DNA of 57,196 nucleotides, filler included, from Dugesia japonica (Eukaryota): NCBI GenBank assembly GCA_001938525.1. It is 4 parts of 4 records of this genome, joined end to end, with 100 filler letters (N's around TTAATTAATTAA, not from the genome) between each part and the next. Parts side by side here need not be neighbours in the genome. Positions count along the whole stretch, not along the records: positions 20,793 to 30,168 come from MQRL01583487.1; positions 30,269 to 45,629 come from MQRL01614704.1; 2 more parts are not named here. One strand, given 5' to 3'. The position numbers were made by a program, and so were the translations under genes. Within the stretch, counting starts at the first letter, position 1, and each line of letters begins with the position of its first letter. The notes under the pieces are model-generated. The model saw only the letters and a list, made by a program, of their open reading frames with translations, had not been told where the DNA came from and did no database searches. Positions 29,260-41,231 of the stretch are shown in pieces.

Positions 29260-30168
29260 TATATAAATCATTATCATAAAACATGCATTCACATCGACCG
29301 CAAATATGAAAGTTTTTAATAAAACCTTTAAAATTTACTATAAATTTTATCACTTTTATATTTTAACATTGAAAGATAATGAGTGAAAGATTAAACGTAA
29401 GAGAATTATTTTCTCTAAGTCCCAAGACAGACTCTCATTTCTCCATGGTAATTTTATAGATTAGTATTAATATGTTAAAAGAATTTATTGAAATTTCTAT
29501 AATAAATTTTGTTTTAATTAGAATGATTTAATACGATTTGTTAAACCGGAAACAGTTTATGATACAATTAAAACAGCAAATTGTTAGTATCAAACATCGA
29601 TTAATCAAAATGAAATTATCTCATAAGTCTACCATGAAACAAATTGTTTGTGATTGAGTCCAGTAGAACCATCTATTAATGTTTTTAATTAACATTTTAT
29701 TTTGATATTTTCTTTATATTTTTACTTATGTATATAAGTTGTGATATTAAAATTTTTTATTGGATTTTCAATTTAAATGATTAATATTTCTTGTTGAAAA
29801 ATTTGTTTTAAATTCAATAATAGATGCGGTTTCATTATTAAATAAATTTTTCTATTCATTTCTCTATTTACAATCGTTTTTCAATCATTGACAGTTTGAT
29901 TTGAATAGATTTTTACTAATTATTGTTTCAGTCATCAATAAAAACTTTTTCTAAACTTTTTCTAAATAAAATCCTGCATAAAATTTTAAAATAAAACTAA
30001 ATTTAAACTTATAAACTCTTGTAATTTAAATATAATTAAATTTCAAAAACTAAATCACTATTTTTTTTATATTTTATTATAAATGGATATTTTGGTTATA
30101 AAATAAATAACTAATTTAAACCAAAAAAATATATATATTTAAACAAAGATTTAATTTTTCTAAATTTT

Positions 30169-30268
30169 NNNNNNNNNNNNNNNNNNNNNNNNNNNNNNNN
30201 NNNNNNNNNNNNTTAATTAATTAANNNNNNNNNNNNNNNNNNNNNNNNNNNNNNNNNNNNNNNNNNNN
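30169..30268. other. Artificial scaffold linker
   Basis: N44-TTAATTAATTAA-N44. Confidence 0.95.
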
Positions 30269-30670
30269 AAACATATGTCCAAATGGGTAAATTTCCACAA
30301 ACAATAAAAGGCATTGGTTTCAATGTAGTTTTAGGACCATGTTTGACTCCAACTCTGAAAAACGGTGAATTTTCAATTAACTGCTTAAAATAATCGGCAT
30401 TTTTGCGTCTAAAGTAACTTCCTAATCAATTATAATTGATTTATTGACTTAATTATCGAAACAGAATTCACTTTGCATATGAATAAGTGAGAATGATCCA
30501 ACTTCGAGACCTGATGAGAATATCTTCATAAAAAGGGACTTTCCTGCATTTGATGCCCCATCAAGTAGAATGCAAGTGGTTTTGCCGGATTGTAGCAATA
30601 GTAAAAGACCAATTGCACAAATACGATAATGCAAGGGATTAGTTTCCCCCCGTAAAATTGAGATTGTGTT
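30269..30670 (-). pseudogene. SF3 helicase, parvovirus NS1 / papillomavirus E1-like (endogenous viral element)
   Basis: Walker A GKTTCILLDGASNAGKSLF. Past two stops and a frameshift it continues SEFCFDN*VNKSIIID*E (Walker B), DYFKQL, RVGVKHG (B') and MPFIVCGN (C). Truncated by the contig end. Confidence 0.8.
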
Positions 30671-30820
30671 TTTTAATAAAATTATTAATAATGATAGTAA
30701 ATTGCTTATTAAAATAAAAAGTATTACTACTAACAAAATCTTCAATAAAGTAAGAAAGTTTTTCATAAACTATAAAAGTATTCAAATCCATAAAAATGAT
30801 AAAAAAGACTAAAACTGATT

Positions 30821-31084
30821 ATTATATATTAAAAACTAAAGAACAATTGATACAACAGTAACCTAGCAAATCAGAATCAACTAAATTTTTGATTATTCAT
30901 ATTTTTTTATATTAGAATAAAGACTAATTGATAGTTCACACTTACATTGAGGGCACGTCAGGCGTCCATATAAACTGGTAGATGATTTATACATGGTTTT
31001 TCGGTAATTCTCATTTTGACTTGCTTCATTTGATCCCGATATGAATTGGATAGCTTCGTTGTTTTCCGCTAAAATATATTGCAT
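30821..31084 (-). pseudogene. Small C4 zinc-ribbon-like ORF with one internal stop
   Basis: ...LTCPQCKCEL...KKYE*SKNLVDSDLLGYCCINCSLVFNI. A second CxxC appears in frame after the TAA at 30893-30895. Confidence 0.45.
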
Positions 31085-31093
31085 TAATTGTTA

Positions 31094-31588
31094 TTATAGA
31101 TAATTGAATATTACTGGTATTATATATGTTAAAAAATATAAATTATCGTGAAAATAATGAATTTGAAGCCGTCTTTCTAATGCTTCTCGAGTTGATTGCA
31201 ATAAATCGTATGGATATATTAATGAAACATCGTTAACACAGATTATTCGAGGCATACGTTTTGGTATTCTAGCTGTCGAATATTTAATGTCAATCATGCT
31301 TTCATATTCACAATCATATAAGTGAATAAGCTCGGTGACTGGCCATTTACGGAAATCAATGTCATCAATAACAATTCCGTTATTATTCTCAGTAATTAGA
31401 TTGAAACTCTGCCTATTTGTAACTAAACAGGGTTTAGTAAAGTGTGCTAATGCGAAGCTGGTTTTACCGATACCAGATTTGCCAACGAATACATGGGTAA
31501 CATCATCGTATACATCGAAAAAAGGATGTTTAAATTTGTAATGATGTGGAGTAATAATCTCACCATATTCGGATTTTAAATTTTCCAT
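31094..31588 (-). CDS. rep: CRESS-DNA-virus-type Rep, SF3 helicase domain
   Basis: Walker A GKSGIGKT, Walker B GIVIDDIDF, B' IDIKYS, motif C RIICVN and Arg finger ALERRL. Confidence 0.88.
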   Translation of the reverse strand: MENLKSEYGEIITPHHYKFKHPFFDVYDDVTHVFVGKSGIGKTSFALAHFTKPCLVTNRQSFNLITENNNGIVIDDIDFRKWPVTELIHLYDCEYESMIDIKYSTARIPKRMPRIICVNDVSLIYPYDLLQSTREALERRLQIHYFHDNLYFLTYIIPVIFNYL

Positions 31589-31898
31589 TATACATTTTTT
31601 TTAGTTATATAAGTGAACGGATCTCGCTTTTTTAAAAGATTTATTGCTTCATTCAAATTTTCACAATTTAATAAATTATTCCAAATATCTATTTTATTTG
31701 TCTTACATTTGCATGGTATGCCATAATTATTCTGTATGCCACCATGAACTCGAGTATGTTCTTTAGTAACATAATCGAGTATTCTTTGCTTATCATTTTC
31801 ATGTATTGGCGTACAAAAAGGAACCATTAAACGATTTCGAGCTACAGTAAAGTGGATGCTCTCTTTAAACTCGAAATACAACTGCAAATGGCGGTAAC
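31588..31898 (-). CDS. rep: CRESS-type Rep exon 2 (HUH endonuclease motifs II and III)
   Basis: After acceptor tttag (31900-31899): (G)YRHLQLYFEF (motif II) and ILDYVTKE (motif III YxxK). Joins the helicase frame by a -1 shift in an A8 run at 31595-31602. Confidence 0.8.
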
Positions 31899-31942
31899 CT
31901 AAATAATATTTATTTTTTTTATTATTATTAATATAATTTTAC

Positions 31943-32186
31943 CTGATGGAGACATTTCCTCTTGACCGAGAGCATATTGGATGCCGTTTTGTTGGAACAA
32001 TTCACTATATCTTCCAGCATTTGCACTATATTGTTTATACGATAATGATACGTGCCAATTTCTATGACGGCTGTTTGTGGAGCATTTAAATCGGAGATGT
32101 GATTCAACGTCTGGGTACTCATTATTTTTATGAGGTGAACCAGAATCTTCATGTTTTGTATCCAATTCTTTTCTGGGCTCATTCAA
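31943..32186 (-). CDS. rep: CRESS-type Rep exon 1 (motif I region)
   Basis: RHRNWHVSL (position of RNWCFTL motif I) and YALGQEEMSPS-G, then donor G|gtaaaa at 31942. Confidence 0.75.
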
Positions 32187-32360
32187 TAAGAAATATATAA
32201 GAAATTCAATAAGAAATATTTCTAATTGTTTTATTTTTTTAAAATTAAATAAAACTGATAGAGATAGAGTATATCATGATTTATTTTCAAATGTATATTC
32301 AAATAAACTCGATTTTTATTTTATATTTTGTAATCATTGGAAAAATAAACATACATTATT

Positions 32361-33441
32361 TTATTTAAATAGAGAAACAGAACAAGTTTTAACAACAGAT
32401 GAATTTCGATCTTCAAACTTTTAAATTTAATTTATGTAAACACTTTCTAAGCTTGCTTAATATATACAAGTATATATACGATTAATTGTTTTATTAATTG
32501 TTGTTTTTACTATACTGTAATTACTATAAATACTTGTTTTACATGTTTTTGGATTTTCATTTGCATCTCTTAATGAAATTGAATTTGTTACAATTAATCT
32601 TCCATATAAAATAAATATATATTTAAGGTTTAGTGGATTTTCAATAATAATAATAAACTCTTTGGTTGAAAAATAATCTCGATCTTTACCTCGATCATGA
32701 TCACTGATTGAATCATTATATTCTTCAACTCTTATTTTTAAGTTTTTTATATTATAAATTATTTTAAACCATTTATTTTCTTTTATATGAATTTTATTTA
32801 TATATATTTTTTTATTTATATTCTCTTGAAAATTAATTCTATTAAAAAAATTATTAAATTGATTTATCATTTTTTTTATTTAAATAGAGAAAGAGAACAA
32901 GTTTTAACCACAGATGAATTATTTGAAATCTGATTTAAATCATCATTTCAATCATTTAGTTTTCATTTGTTTTACTTTTACATTTATTATCAAACTTTTT
33001 TTCAATTGATAAATTTTTGTAACTCAGACTCTTAATCAATAAATTATTATTATTAATATCAGTTGTGATGATTTTTTCAATTGATAAAATTTGTGAATTT
33101 TTATGCAATTTACCAATTGATATGTTTTTTGAAAAATTATTTTCATTTATAATATCATCCCTCAATTGTAATTCCTTTTGTTGATATTATTTTTTCATTA
33201 TCACCTCCAAATAAAATTCGCGTAGCTTGCTCTCCAAGGAATGAAATTATTAAATTTATTACTGAAAAAGTTTCTTCAACACAATTAATTGTTTTATTAA
33301 TTGGTGTAATTAATATACTGTAATTACTAATTACTATAAATACTTGTTTTACATGTTTTTGGATTTTCATTTACATCTCTTAATGAAATTGAATTTGTTA
33401 CAATTAATTTTCCATAAAAAATAAATCTATATTTAAGGTTT
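32361..33441 (-). other. Duplicated decayed ORF modules of unknown function with a repeated upstream motif
   Basis: 32480-32630 is duplicated at 33283-33441 (LKY.FI.YG.LIVTNSISLRD.NENPKTCK). A 45-bp motif is repeated at 32361-32405 and 32877-32920. Confidence 0.5.
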
Positions 33442-35784
33442 TGTTGGGGTGAAACACCCGATAATGGTGATAATATCTTCAGGGACTCAAAAGTGGGGTG
33501 CCAAGAGGAGATAAGACTTGGAAAATTAAAAACAAGCAACAATAATTACCAATTCATCAATAATTTGTGGATCAATAATAAGAAGAGGACCCGGGGAAAA
33601 AAATTATAAACGAAAAATATTATAATAAGCCAGAGGTGAATAATTATAATTAAGAAAATTATAATTTAATATCTGAAAATCGGAAGTTGTCATGAAAATA
33701 TAATGTAAAATTAACTAGAAAAATTAATTAATTTATTTTGAAAAAGAGAAATTAATTGATAAAAATCAGTTTAAGAAGAATATCTGTACTCAGAAAAGTC
33801 GGAAGAAGATCAGGAAAGAAAAATCAGAAAGATAAAATCACGATGCAATTGAATTTCACAATGGAAAAGTCATACCACTTTCAAGAAGGTCGGGAAGATG
33901 TTCTGAAGAATAGGCCAATAAGGGGTTTTAAAACAAACAAAAGACATGGAAAACACGAAGTGTCTTAAAAATAGGCACCAATAATGAATTAGAAAATCTT
34001 AGAATATTTTAGAATTTTACAAATGGCTCCATTCAGAAGTGGTTTACCAAAAACAAAAATAACTAACCAACGAGAAAGCAGTCGGGGTGCACGAAGAAAG
34101 GTATAAAAGGTCCCCAAAATTTAGACGGAAAAACAACAATTTTCTAATTAATTGAACTATTGAAACTGTTAATAAAAATTTGGGAAAAGAATCGTGAAAT
34201 CATTTGGAGAAAGATAGAAGTAATAGAACTTATAATATCACCCGGACTAATTTTTATAGGAAAAAGGACAAGGAAAACATTTATTCAGTCTGATTCGGAT
34301 CTATATTTTGCTTTTAAGAAAACCCGTTGCAGAAATTCAACTTCTAATTCTAAATAGTGAGTAGTGTANTTATTTAAGTTATGGTTATCTACTTAATTAT
34401 TTCAAAAACAATAAAATTATTTATGTGTATTTTATGTTTGATTTGAATTATAATTAGAAAACAAAAAATCAACATTGAATAATCTTGAGTTAACCAATTA
34501 CACGCAGTTAGTTTCACTAATAATCCGAGGCTTTTCTGTTAAACATCAATGCAGGATAGCTTTTCCCGAGACATCAATCTAAAATTTTTTTCATTAAGAA
34601 ATTCATCTCGTTAAACCACAGTATGTGTCATGTTAAACGCAGAAACAATTGCTATCCTGAAAATATTTTCTTATGTGGTTTGAAAATATCGATTGATAAT
34701 CGAGTATTATCAGACCACTCAAGTACACATAAGGAGTAGGTGTGTCTGATAGATGCACTGAATTGGATTCTCTGAGTCACATCTGAAATTAGGTTATTAT
34801 TTGACAATTTAATACAAAGTATAATGGAATCTCTATCTGCAGTGTCTTGGTTAATAGTATAGAATGATTTCATTAAAAAATAAAATGCCAACCATGAATA
34901 TTTAATAATGTAGTGATCCCCGGTCAACTGGAATATTTCGGAGAAATTTAGGGCTTTGGATTTTATAGATTATTATTCGTACTATGATCTAACGGATGTA
35001 ATAGAAAAGATGAGTCTTAGTCCAGATATTCAGGCTATCTACATTAACTAATTATTGTTGGGACCATGAGAAGAATCCTCCCCATAAAATGTTGTGATCA
35101 ATTGGTTGATTGTCCAGTTTTGTTTTTGTTGATCAGGATTATTTAACCCCTTTTGTAATTTGATATGATTTTGAAAAATAATATTTGTGTGGACTTAGTT
35201 GATAAATCTTACGAGGAGTACAGACTCATTAGGTTTTTACTACTAAAATTATTATTATTAATTATTGAAATAGGGAATAACTTGGTATTATTGTTATTAT
35301 CTTTTATTATTATTATTTTATGTGTAGGAGAATTTGTTGAGCCCGGAAGTTGGGACAACCGGGTTGTATGTTGTGTTGAACAACGGTGCATCCGTAATAG
35401 AGAAAGTGGCGGTAATGATGATAATACAGAACCGACCACCAATAACGAAAATTAATTATACTTGATGTTCCTCAGTTGTTCTTTTTGTTGATAATAAAAT
35501 TGCATTTGTCCTGAATTGAGTCTTCATTAGTTAATGGATAGGTTCATTTGGATTAGTTAAGTTATCTTCGTTATTTGATATTCAAATTTAAGTCATTCGC
35601 CACTCTCAGTAAACTTAATTTAGATTTTTGCTTTTTATTAACCGACTCATTAATTAAACTAAATGTTAAACCATTTCTTCTCTTTCTAGTGCATTCATTA
35701 CTCAACCGTGTAGTCATATCCACTAAAAAAATACGTGAAACCAGCAAAGACATCGAGATGTTTTGGGAGTTATATAGATTAGCG
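33442..35784 (+). mobile_element. Partial third copy (C) of the LTR-like multi-ORF element
   Basis: Starts TGTTGGGGTGAAAC like copies A and B. Has GTATAAAAGGTCCCC TATA, CCGTTGCA and a GTGAGT donor-like site. ORF-c homolog ctag|(V)HSLLNRVVISTKKIRETSKDIEMFWELYRLA at 35690-35784 is cut by hAT sequence. Confidence 0.75.
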
Positions 35785-37638
35785 TAAATAAAGTGGGAGT
35801 ATTAATTTCTGAACTTGAAGAAATTACAAACGAAAAAGGATCTCGAATCCAGCCCAACTCGGGTTTCTTCAAAATTTTGAATCGTTTAGAAATGTTCTCC
35901 ATTAGCCCTGTGAGATGGTTAATAATCATATTCTTTGTTTCTTGAAATTGATATTATTACTAATAAAAAACTCAGGCATACATAGAAATAATTCAATATT
36001 GTTTTTTTCAATTTCACCTTTCCAAAAAATAAATTTTTAAAAAGCCTCTATTATATCACCAAGAACTAGTATATTTGTTTCTCTTCCTTGTAATCTCAAA
36101 TTCAAATAATTAAAATTTTTAAATATGTCAACAAGATAACAAATATTTAGAATCTATTTTTTGTTTACAAATAATTGAGAAAGATGGGGGATTTTATGTG
36201 ATAAAAACAATCAAACCTCATCTTTGAGATCAAAAAAACATCGAAATATTCTACCACGATAAAGTCATCTTACTTCGTTTTGTAAAAGAAGAGTTTTATA
36301 ACTAGAACCAATCTCGTAGCAAAGTATAGTAAAAATTCTGCTATTTAAGCTTCTACTTTTTAAAAAGTTAATCACATTAGCTGCATCATTTAATACTGAA
36401 CATAGATCTTCCTGCATTTCTTTCGCTATTAATGCTACTCGCTATTAATGTATCATACAATGATTGAAAACTATATCTGGTGCAATTTGTTTTATTATAC
36501 CTTTCAGCCATTTTTTATCTTTGGTTAGTGCAGCTGCACCATCAGTACAAATAGAAACACAATTGGACCATGAAAGTTTATTTTGTTTAAAAAAGTTATC
36601 AAGAAGCTCAAAAATTTTCTCACCATTTGTTCTTTCCATCAGAGCCTTGCAAAATAGGAATTCTTCACAAATATCACCTGCGAAGCAGTATATTACGTAT
36701 AAAATGATTTAAGCAAATTTTAAGATATCTGTAGAATCATTTAATTGTATTGCACAAACTTTACTATCATACAAACGACTAAGCAAAATTGATTTTAAAT
36801 TAATGGCGATACTAGTAATACGCCGTTAAACTGTGTCTTTTTTCCTCCATGTATAATCGACACCATTTTTATTGCAGCACGGAGAACTAGAGATTCTCCA
36901 ATGATGTGTGGCTTTTTATTTTTTCCTATTAGATACGATACTTCCAAAGATGCCTTTAAAGTTTTTTGTGTAACTATTGTATTTTATTTGGCTTTCTATA
37001 TTACTGGCACGTCTTTCATAATAAGATTTATCCTTATTAATTAAGTCCAGATTATTCGATTCTAAATGTCTCTTCATTTTAACTGGCTTCATACTTTCGC
37101 TGGCTAGTTTTTCAGAACATATTACACACAATGGACGTTGCTCATCAACAGTGTAAGTAAATCCATATTTGATATAATTCTCTAGACATTTCCTAGATCT
37201 TTTCGATCCTTTCACATTATAAGATGTTGACACTTCTTTAGACATTTCTGATTGAATCCCCTTTGAAGTATCAGTGTTTAAACTCTCCAACAATATTTTT
37301 CGACCTTTGCCGGGGTTTACAGATTCAGAATCAACATTTTCACTTTCGTTAGTTTTTGAACGANTTGTTCTCACTACCCATTTATCCATAATTAGTGTTT
37401 TTTAATCAAAATAAAGAAAATAATTTACAATAAATGATTATTAATGATTATTATTAAATATTAATGATTAATATAAGATAATTCAGTACAATTTCTATCA
37501 TATTTTTCTGATTCCTAAGTCGGTTAGATGTCCAATGACCAATCTGGTCTGTTTAACGTTAATTAATGTACCATGATAAAGTTAATTTTTTTGCGACCCT
37601 GCAAAACAAGTTAACGACCCATACTTTGCACATCACGG
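35785..37638 (-). mobile_element. hAT Charlie/Buster-type (ZBED5/SCAND3-like) transposon, decayed and 3'-truncated
   Basis: RPLCVICSEKLASESMKPVKMKRHL, ICTDGAAAL, NHCMIH and WIRDPF. 5' terminus CCGTGATGTGCAAAGTATGGGTCG at 37638. Confidence 0.88.
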
Positions 37639-37806
37639 ATCTAATCTAATATCTAATCTAGTACCAGGACCTGTACAATTATGTTTAAACAAATGTATTT
37701 CACCAGTATATTTTTCATATGTAAATGGCTTTACAAATTTAGAATTTTGAAGATCACCTCCATAAGAGTATTTAACTATTTTCTTAGATGCTTTGACCGC
37801 TGACAT
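37639..37806 (-). pseudogene. Parvovirus-type phospholipase A2 N-terminal fragment (Polinton/adintovirus PLA2X-like)
   Basis: MSAVKASKKIVKYSYGGDLQ...GEIHLFKHNCTGPGTRLDIRLD matches the HLPGxNYxGPGTxL Ca-binding loop. Cut by the hAT before the catalytic HD. Confidence 0.7.
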
Positions 37807-37822
37807 TTTCTATTAATGCAAT

Positions 37823-39090
37823 TTAAACACTTACATTTCTCATTTCAATATGTTTTTCTTCAAGCATTATCAAATATATGTATCCTGTACAATTTGTTTT
37901 TTTGGTTTTATCTAAAGTTACATCTACATTGTTTATATTTAATTTATCATCTTGCGCACTTACATCCATACAAAATATTCGATATAAATTTCCGAAATCC
38001 CTTAATGATAATTGTGGTGATTGATAAAAATCTTTACAACATTTTATNNNNNNNNNNNNNNNNNNNNNNNNNNNNNNNNNNNNNNNNNNNAATTCCCATC
38101 GATTTACTGGATAATGTGTATTATTTAATTGAATTTTAATTGATTTTATATAATTTTTAGTAGTAACTCCGGTTATTGCTGATGCTACTACTGAAGCGGT
38201 TACTGAAAGAAATAAATTATTATTTTTGTTAATTTTATTTTTGGATCTTTTATTACTATTAAAATATACCGAGGTTTATATGCCAAATGCCTTAAGTTTA
38301 AAGAATAAACATCTCCTGTTCCCATGTTGTTGATGTTATTCTATTTAAATAACTTACTAAAATCGTTTTATTTGAATTCATTCTTTCTAAATAACTAAGT
38401 TCCATTCGATGATTTAATGCCCACTCTGGAATATGTAATTCTATAGTTAGCAATTTTAAATTATCTTTTGTATCATCTCCTGCTGATCCGAAAAATAATA
38501 AATTATCATCTATTTGTCCATTAAAAATTTATTCTATAAAAACATTGTATAATAATCGATTATAATTTAGCATAAATTCAAATAAATGTTTTAATTCAAA
38601 ATATCCCTCAAATTTTTTCACTGTATTATAGTTTTTCTTTCTTTTAAAAAAATCCAATATTTGCATCACATCCTGATGTATCAGTACTACCTTGATTTTC
38701 ATCGGAAATCCATCCTGTTACTTGACCATTTTCATTTTTATGTTTCTGATGTTAATACTAAATTTAACATTGTTGAAATTGTTCCTGGATCAGTTATACA
38801 TTCTACTTCTGTTGATCCTAATTTTAATCGCATTGAGTTAAATAAAGATGGAAACCAATTATTTTCTAATGTTATTTTTGCTTCATCAGAAAATTCTATT
38901 TCTATTCTATAATATAATTTTGCATTACAAATTCAAATGAATTTGATGATTGAAAAACTATATCGCCAGATTTCATTAAATTTGATATTGTTCCTGGTGA
39001 TGGTGAAATTTTTAACATAACATTTTTAAATACTGCATGAGAAAAATCTAAATTATTCTCTAAATCTAATTTACTGATTTTCTTTTTTTT
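37823..39090 (-). pseudogene. Polinton/Maverick (adintovirus)-type double jelly-roll major capsid protein, decayed
   Basis: Read manually across frames: ITLENNWFPSLFNSMRLKLGSTEVECITDPGTIST, FELKHLFEFMLNYNRLLYN, and C-terminal LYRIFCMDVSAQDDKL...VDV. Span is about 420 codons, directly upstream of the PLA2. Confidence 0.7.
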
Positions 39091-39952
39091 ATAAAATTTA
39101 TTTATATTGCAGCAAAAAAAATTATAAACTTTTTTTTCAAATTCGCATAGCGCGATTTTTCAATTTTTTAAAATCAAACTTTAAAATTAACAATCCAAAA
39201 CCAAAATTAATATTTATAATAAAATTTTTTTATAAATAAAAATTATTTATTTTATTTATAATAAAATTTCTGAAAGGTCTAAAAAATATAATTAATAATG
39301 AAACTATAATTAATGAATCTATAATTAATGAAACTATAGCTCCAATTATAAATGATATAAAGATCCACATCAAAAAATTCGTTTTTTCTTTTGTGTTTAT
39401 TTTTTTAAATTGCTCAACCTTATCGAAATATACTTTTTTATTAAAACTCGATTTTATTGTCGGCTTTAATGTAATTATTTTTTTTCAATATATTCTTTAT
39501 TATATATTTTATTTGAAATTAATTCATTGTGATAAGTATTTTTTTCTAATTTTATTTCTTGTATTTTTATATCTGCTTCTATTATTGCTTTTTTTAAAAT
39601 ATGATAATCATGTATATATATATATATATATAAAATTTTTTAATTGTTCTTTTATTGACAATTTTTTTTATAATTTCTAATAAAATTATTTCATCTTTTT
39701 CAATCACTACTTCTGATAATATATTATTCATTTTATATATACGAAATTTAAATAGTTTGTTTTTTATTTTCTTCATTTATTTTTTCATCATTTAATAATT
39801 TTTATATGTATTTTTTGATTTTTTCAATTGTTCTTTTCTACTTAAATTTATTACACCCATTGTTTTTCTGATACTTTTTCATTTAATCTTTCTTCATGTT
39901 TTCTTTTCTGCTGGTATATATATTTCAAAATCACCAATTTTTTTAACGTATA

Positions 39953-41231
39953 CAGTGAAACCTCTCTAAGTTAAAAGTCATTGTGTATAAATTATTTTTC
40001 AAGTTACCGAGTTTTTTAACTTAGAGAAAATAAGTCAAAATTTGTGTCATATTTCTTGAAAAGTTATTGTACATTCTAATTTCTAAATTACAATTAACTA
40101 CCGATCCACCGTATTGCATCCAAGATGGTCACACGACGTGTAAAATCACTCACATAAGTGCATGAATCTGCTTCTAAGACCAATTTCTGACGCAAAATTT
40201 GCAATAGAAAATTTTATCTTGGAATTTTGTATTATTCTTTGATCAAGCGGTTGAGCGTCAAAGGTCATATTTGGCGGAAAGAACAGTTGAATATCTTGAT
40301 GGGATGCTACATTGTCAATAACTAGGAGAATGTGTCGCTTTTCTATCTTTATTTTCTTGTCGACGTCTTTCAGCCATTCTGTGAATATTTTGCTTGGTCT
40401 CCACGCTTTTTTGTTATTACGCCAAATGACCAGAAGTTTCTCAACATCTATGCAAGAAAATCTGAATGCACGTGGATATGCTGCGTGGCCGATCATAAGG
40501 GCTTGAGTTTTTCTTCAACAGTAAGAGCAACAAGAAAAGTCGAATAATAATTTATGCTTAATTTGACTTATGTTAATATTACCTGTCATACTTGACTCTA
40601 GAAGGATAGAGATACGATCTTTGGACTGTTTTGTACCTTTTCTGTCTTCACCTCGCTCTGTAATGGATCTATTAGGAGTTGGACGAAAGAATAGAGCCAT
40701 TTATTCGGTATTAAAGAAGTTTTTTTGATCAAATTTATCAATAATTAAGGTGATTATCTTTTTGTGGAACTCTACGGCACCATGTCCAAGTCTTCAGCAT
40801 CACCACATAACGCTCAGAAATCTATGTTGTTCCTCTTACGAAACTTCTTGAGCCACCCATTGCTCCCTTTGGAAATCGGTGATCCCCAGTGCAATGGCCA
40901 TCTTTGAAGCCTTCTCTCTAAACATGGAACCATAGATTGGAATGTTTTTCTTGTGACACATTGTAAAGAAATTTAAAACTTTCGTGTTTAGTTCATTTTT
41001 ATCATTTGCTTGGAGTTTGCGTTTTCTACATGAGTCACAATTGTTTTGCCATAAAGAAGTGATCTCATCACGATTATTCTCGATAACTGTGGCGGTTCCA
41101 TTTGACACTCCAAAGTGTTTTGCGAGGTCTGCTCCTTTGTGCCCTTTGTCAAGGAAATCCAAAATGGATTTCTTTTGATCGATTTTTAGTTCTACTAGTG
41201 ACTTCCGTTGTTTTTTAGTGGATGTGTACAT
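39953..41231 (-). mobile_element. Tigger/pogo DNA transposon remnant
   Basis: TA|CAGTGAAACCTCTCTAAGTT terminus. psq and CENP-B HTH (40836-41231). DDE pieces KQSKDRISILL, LLVIDNVASH and FFPPNMTFDAQPLDQ. Confidence 0.88.

Noticed and set aside
30719-30727. AAGTATTAC circovirus-like nonanucleotide near Rep
   Set aside because: No flanking inverted repeat, and expected by chance in AT-rich DNA.
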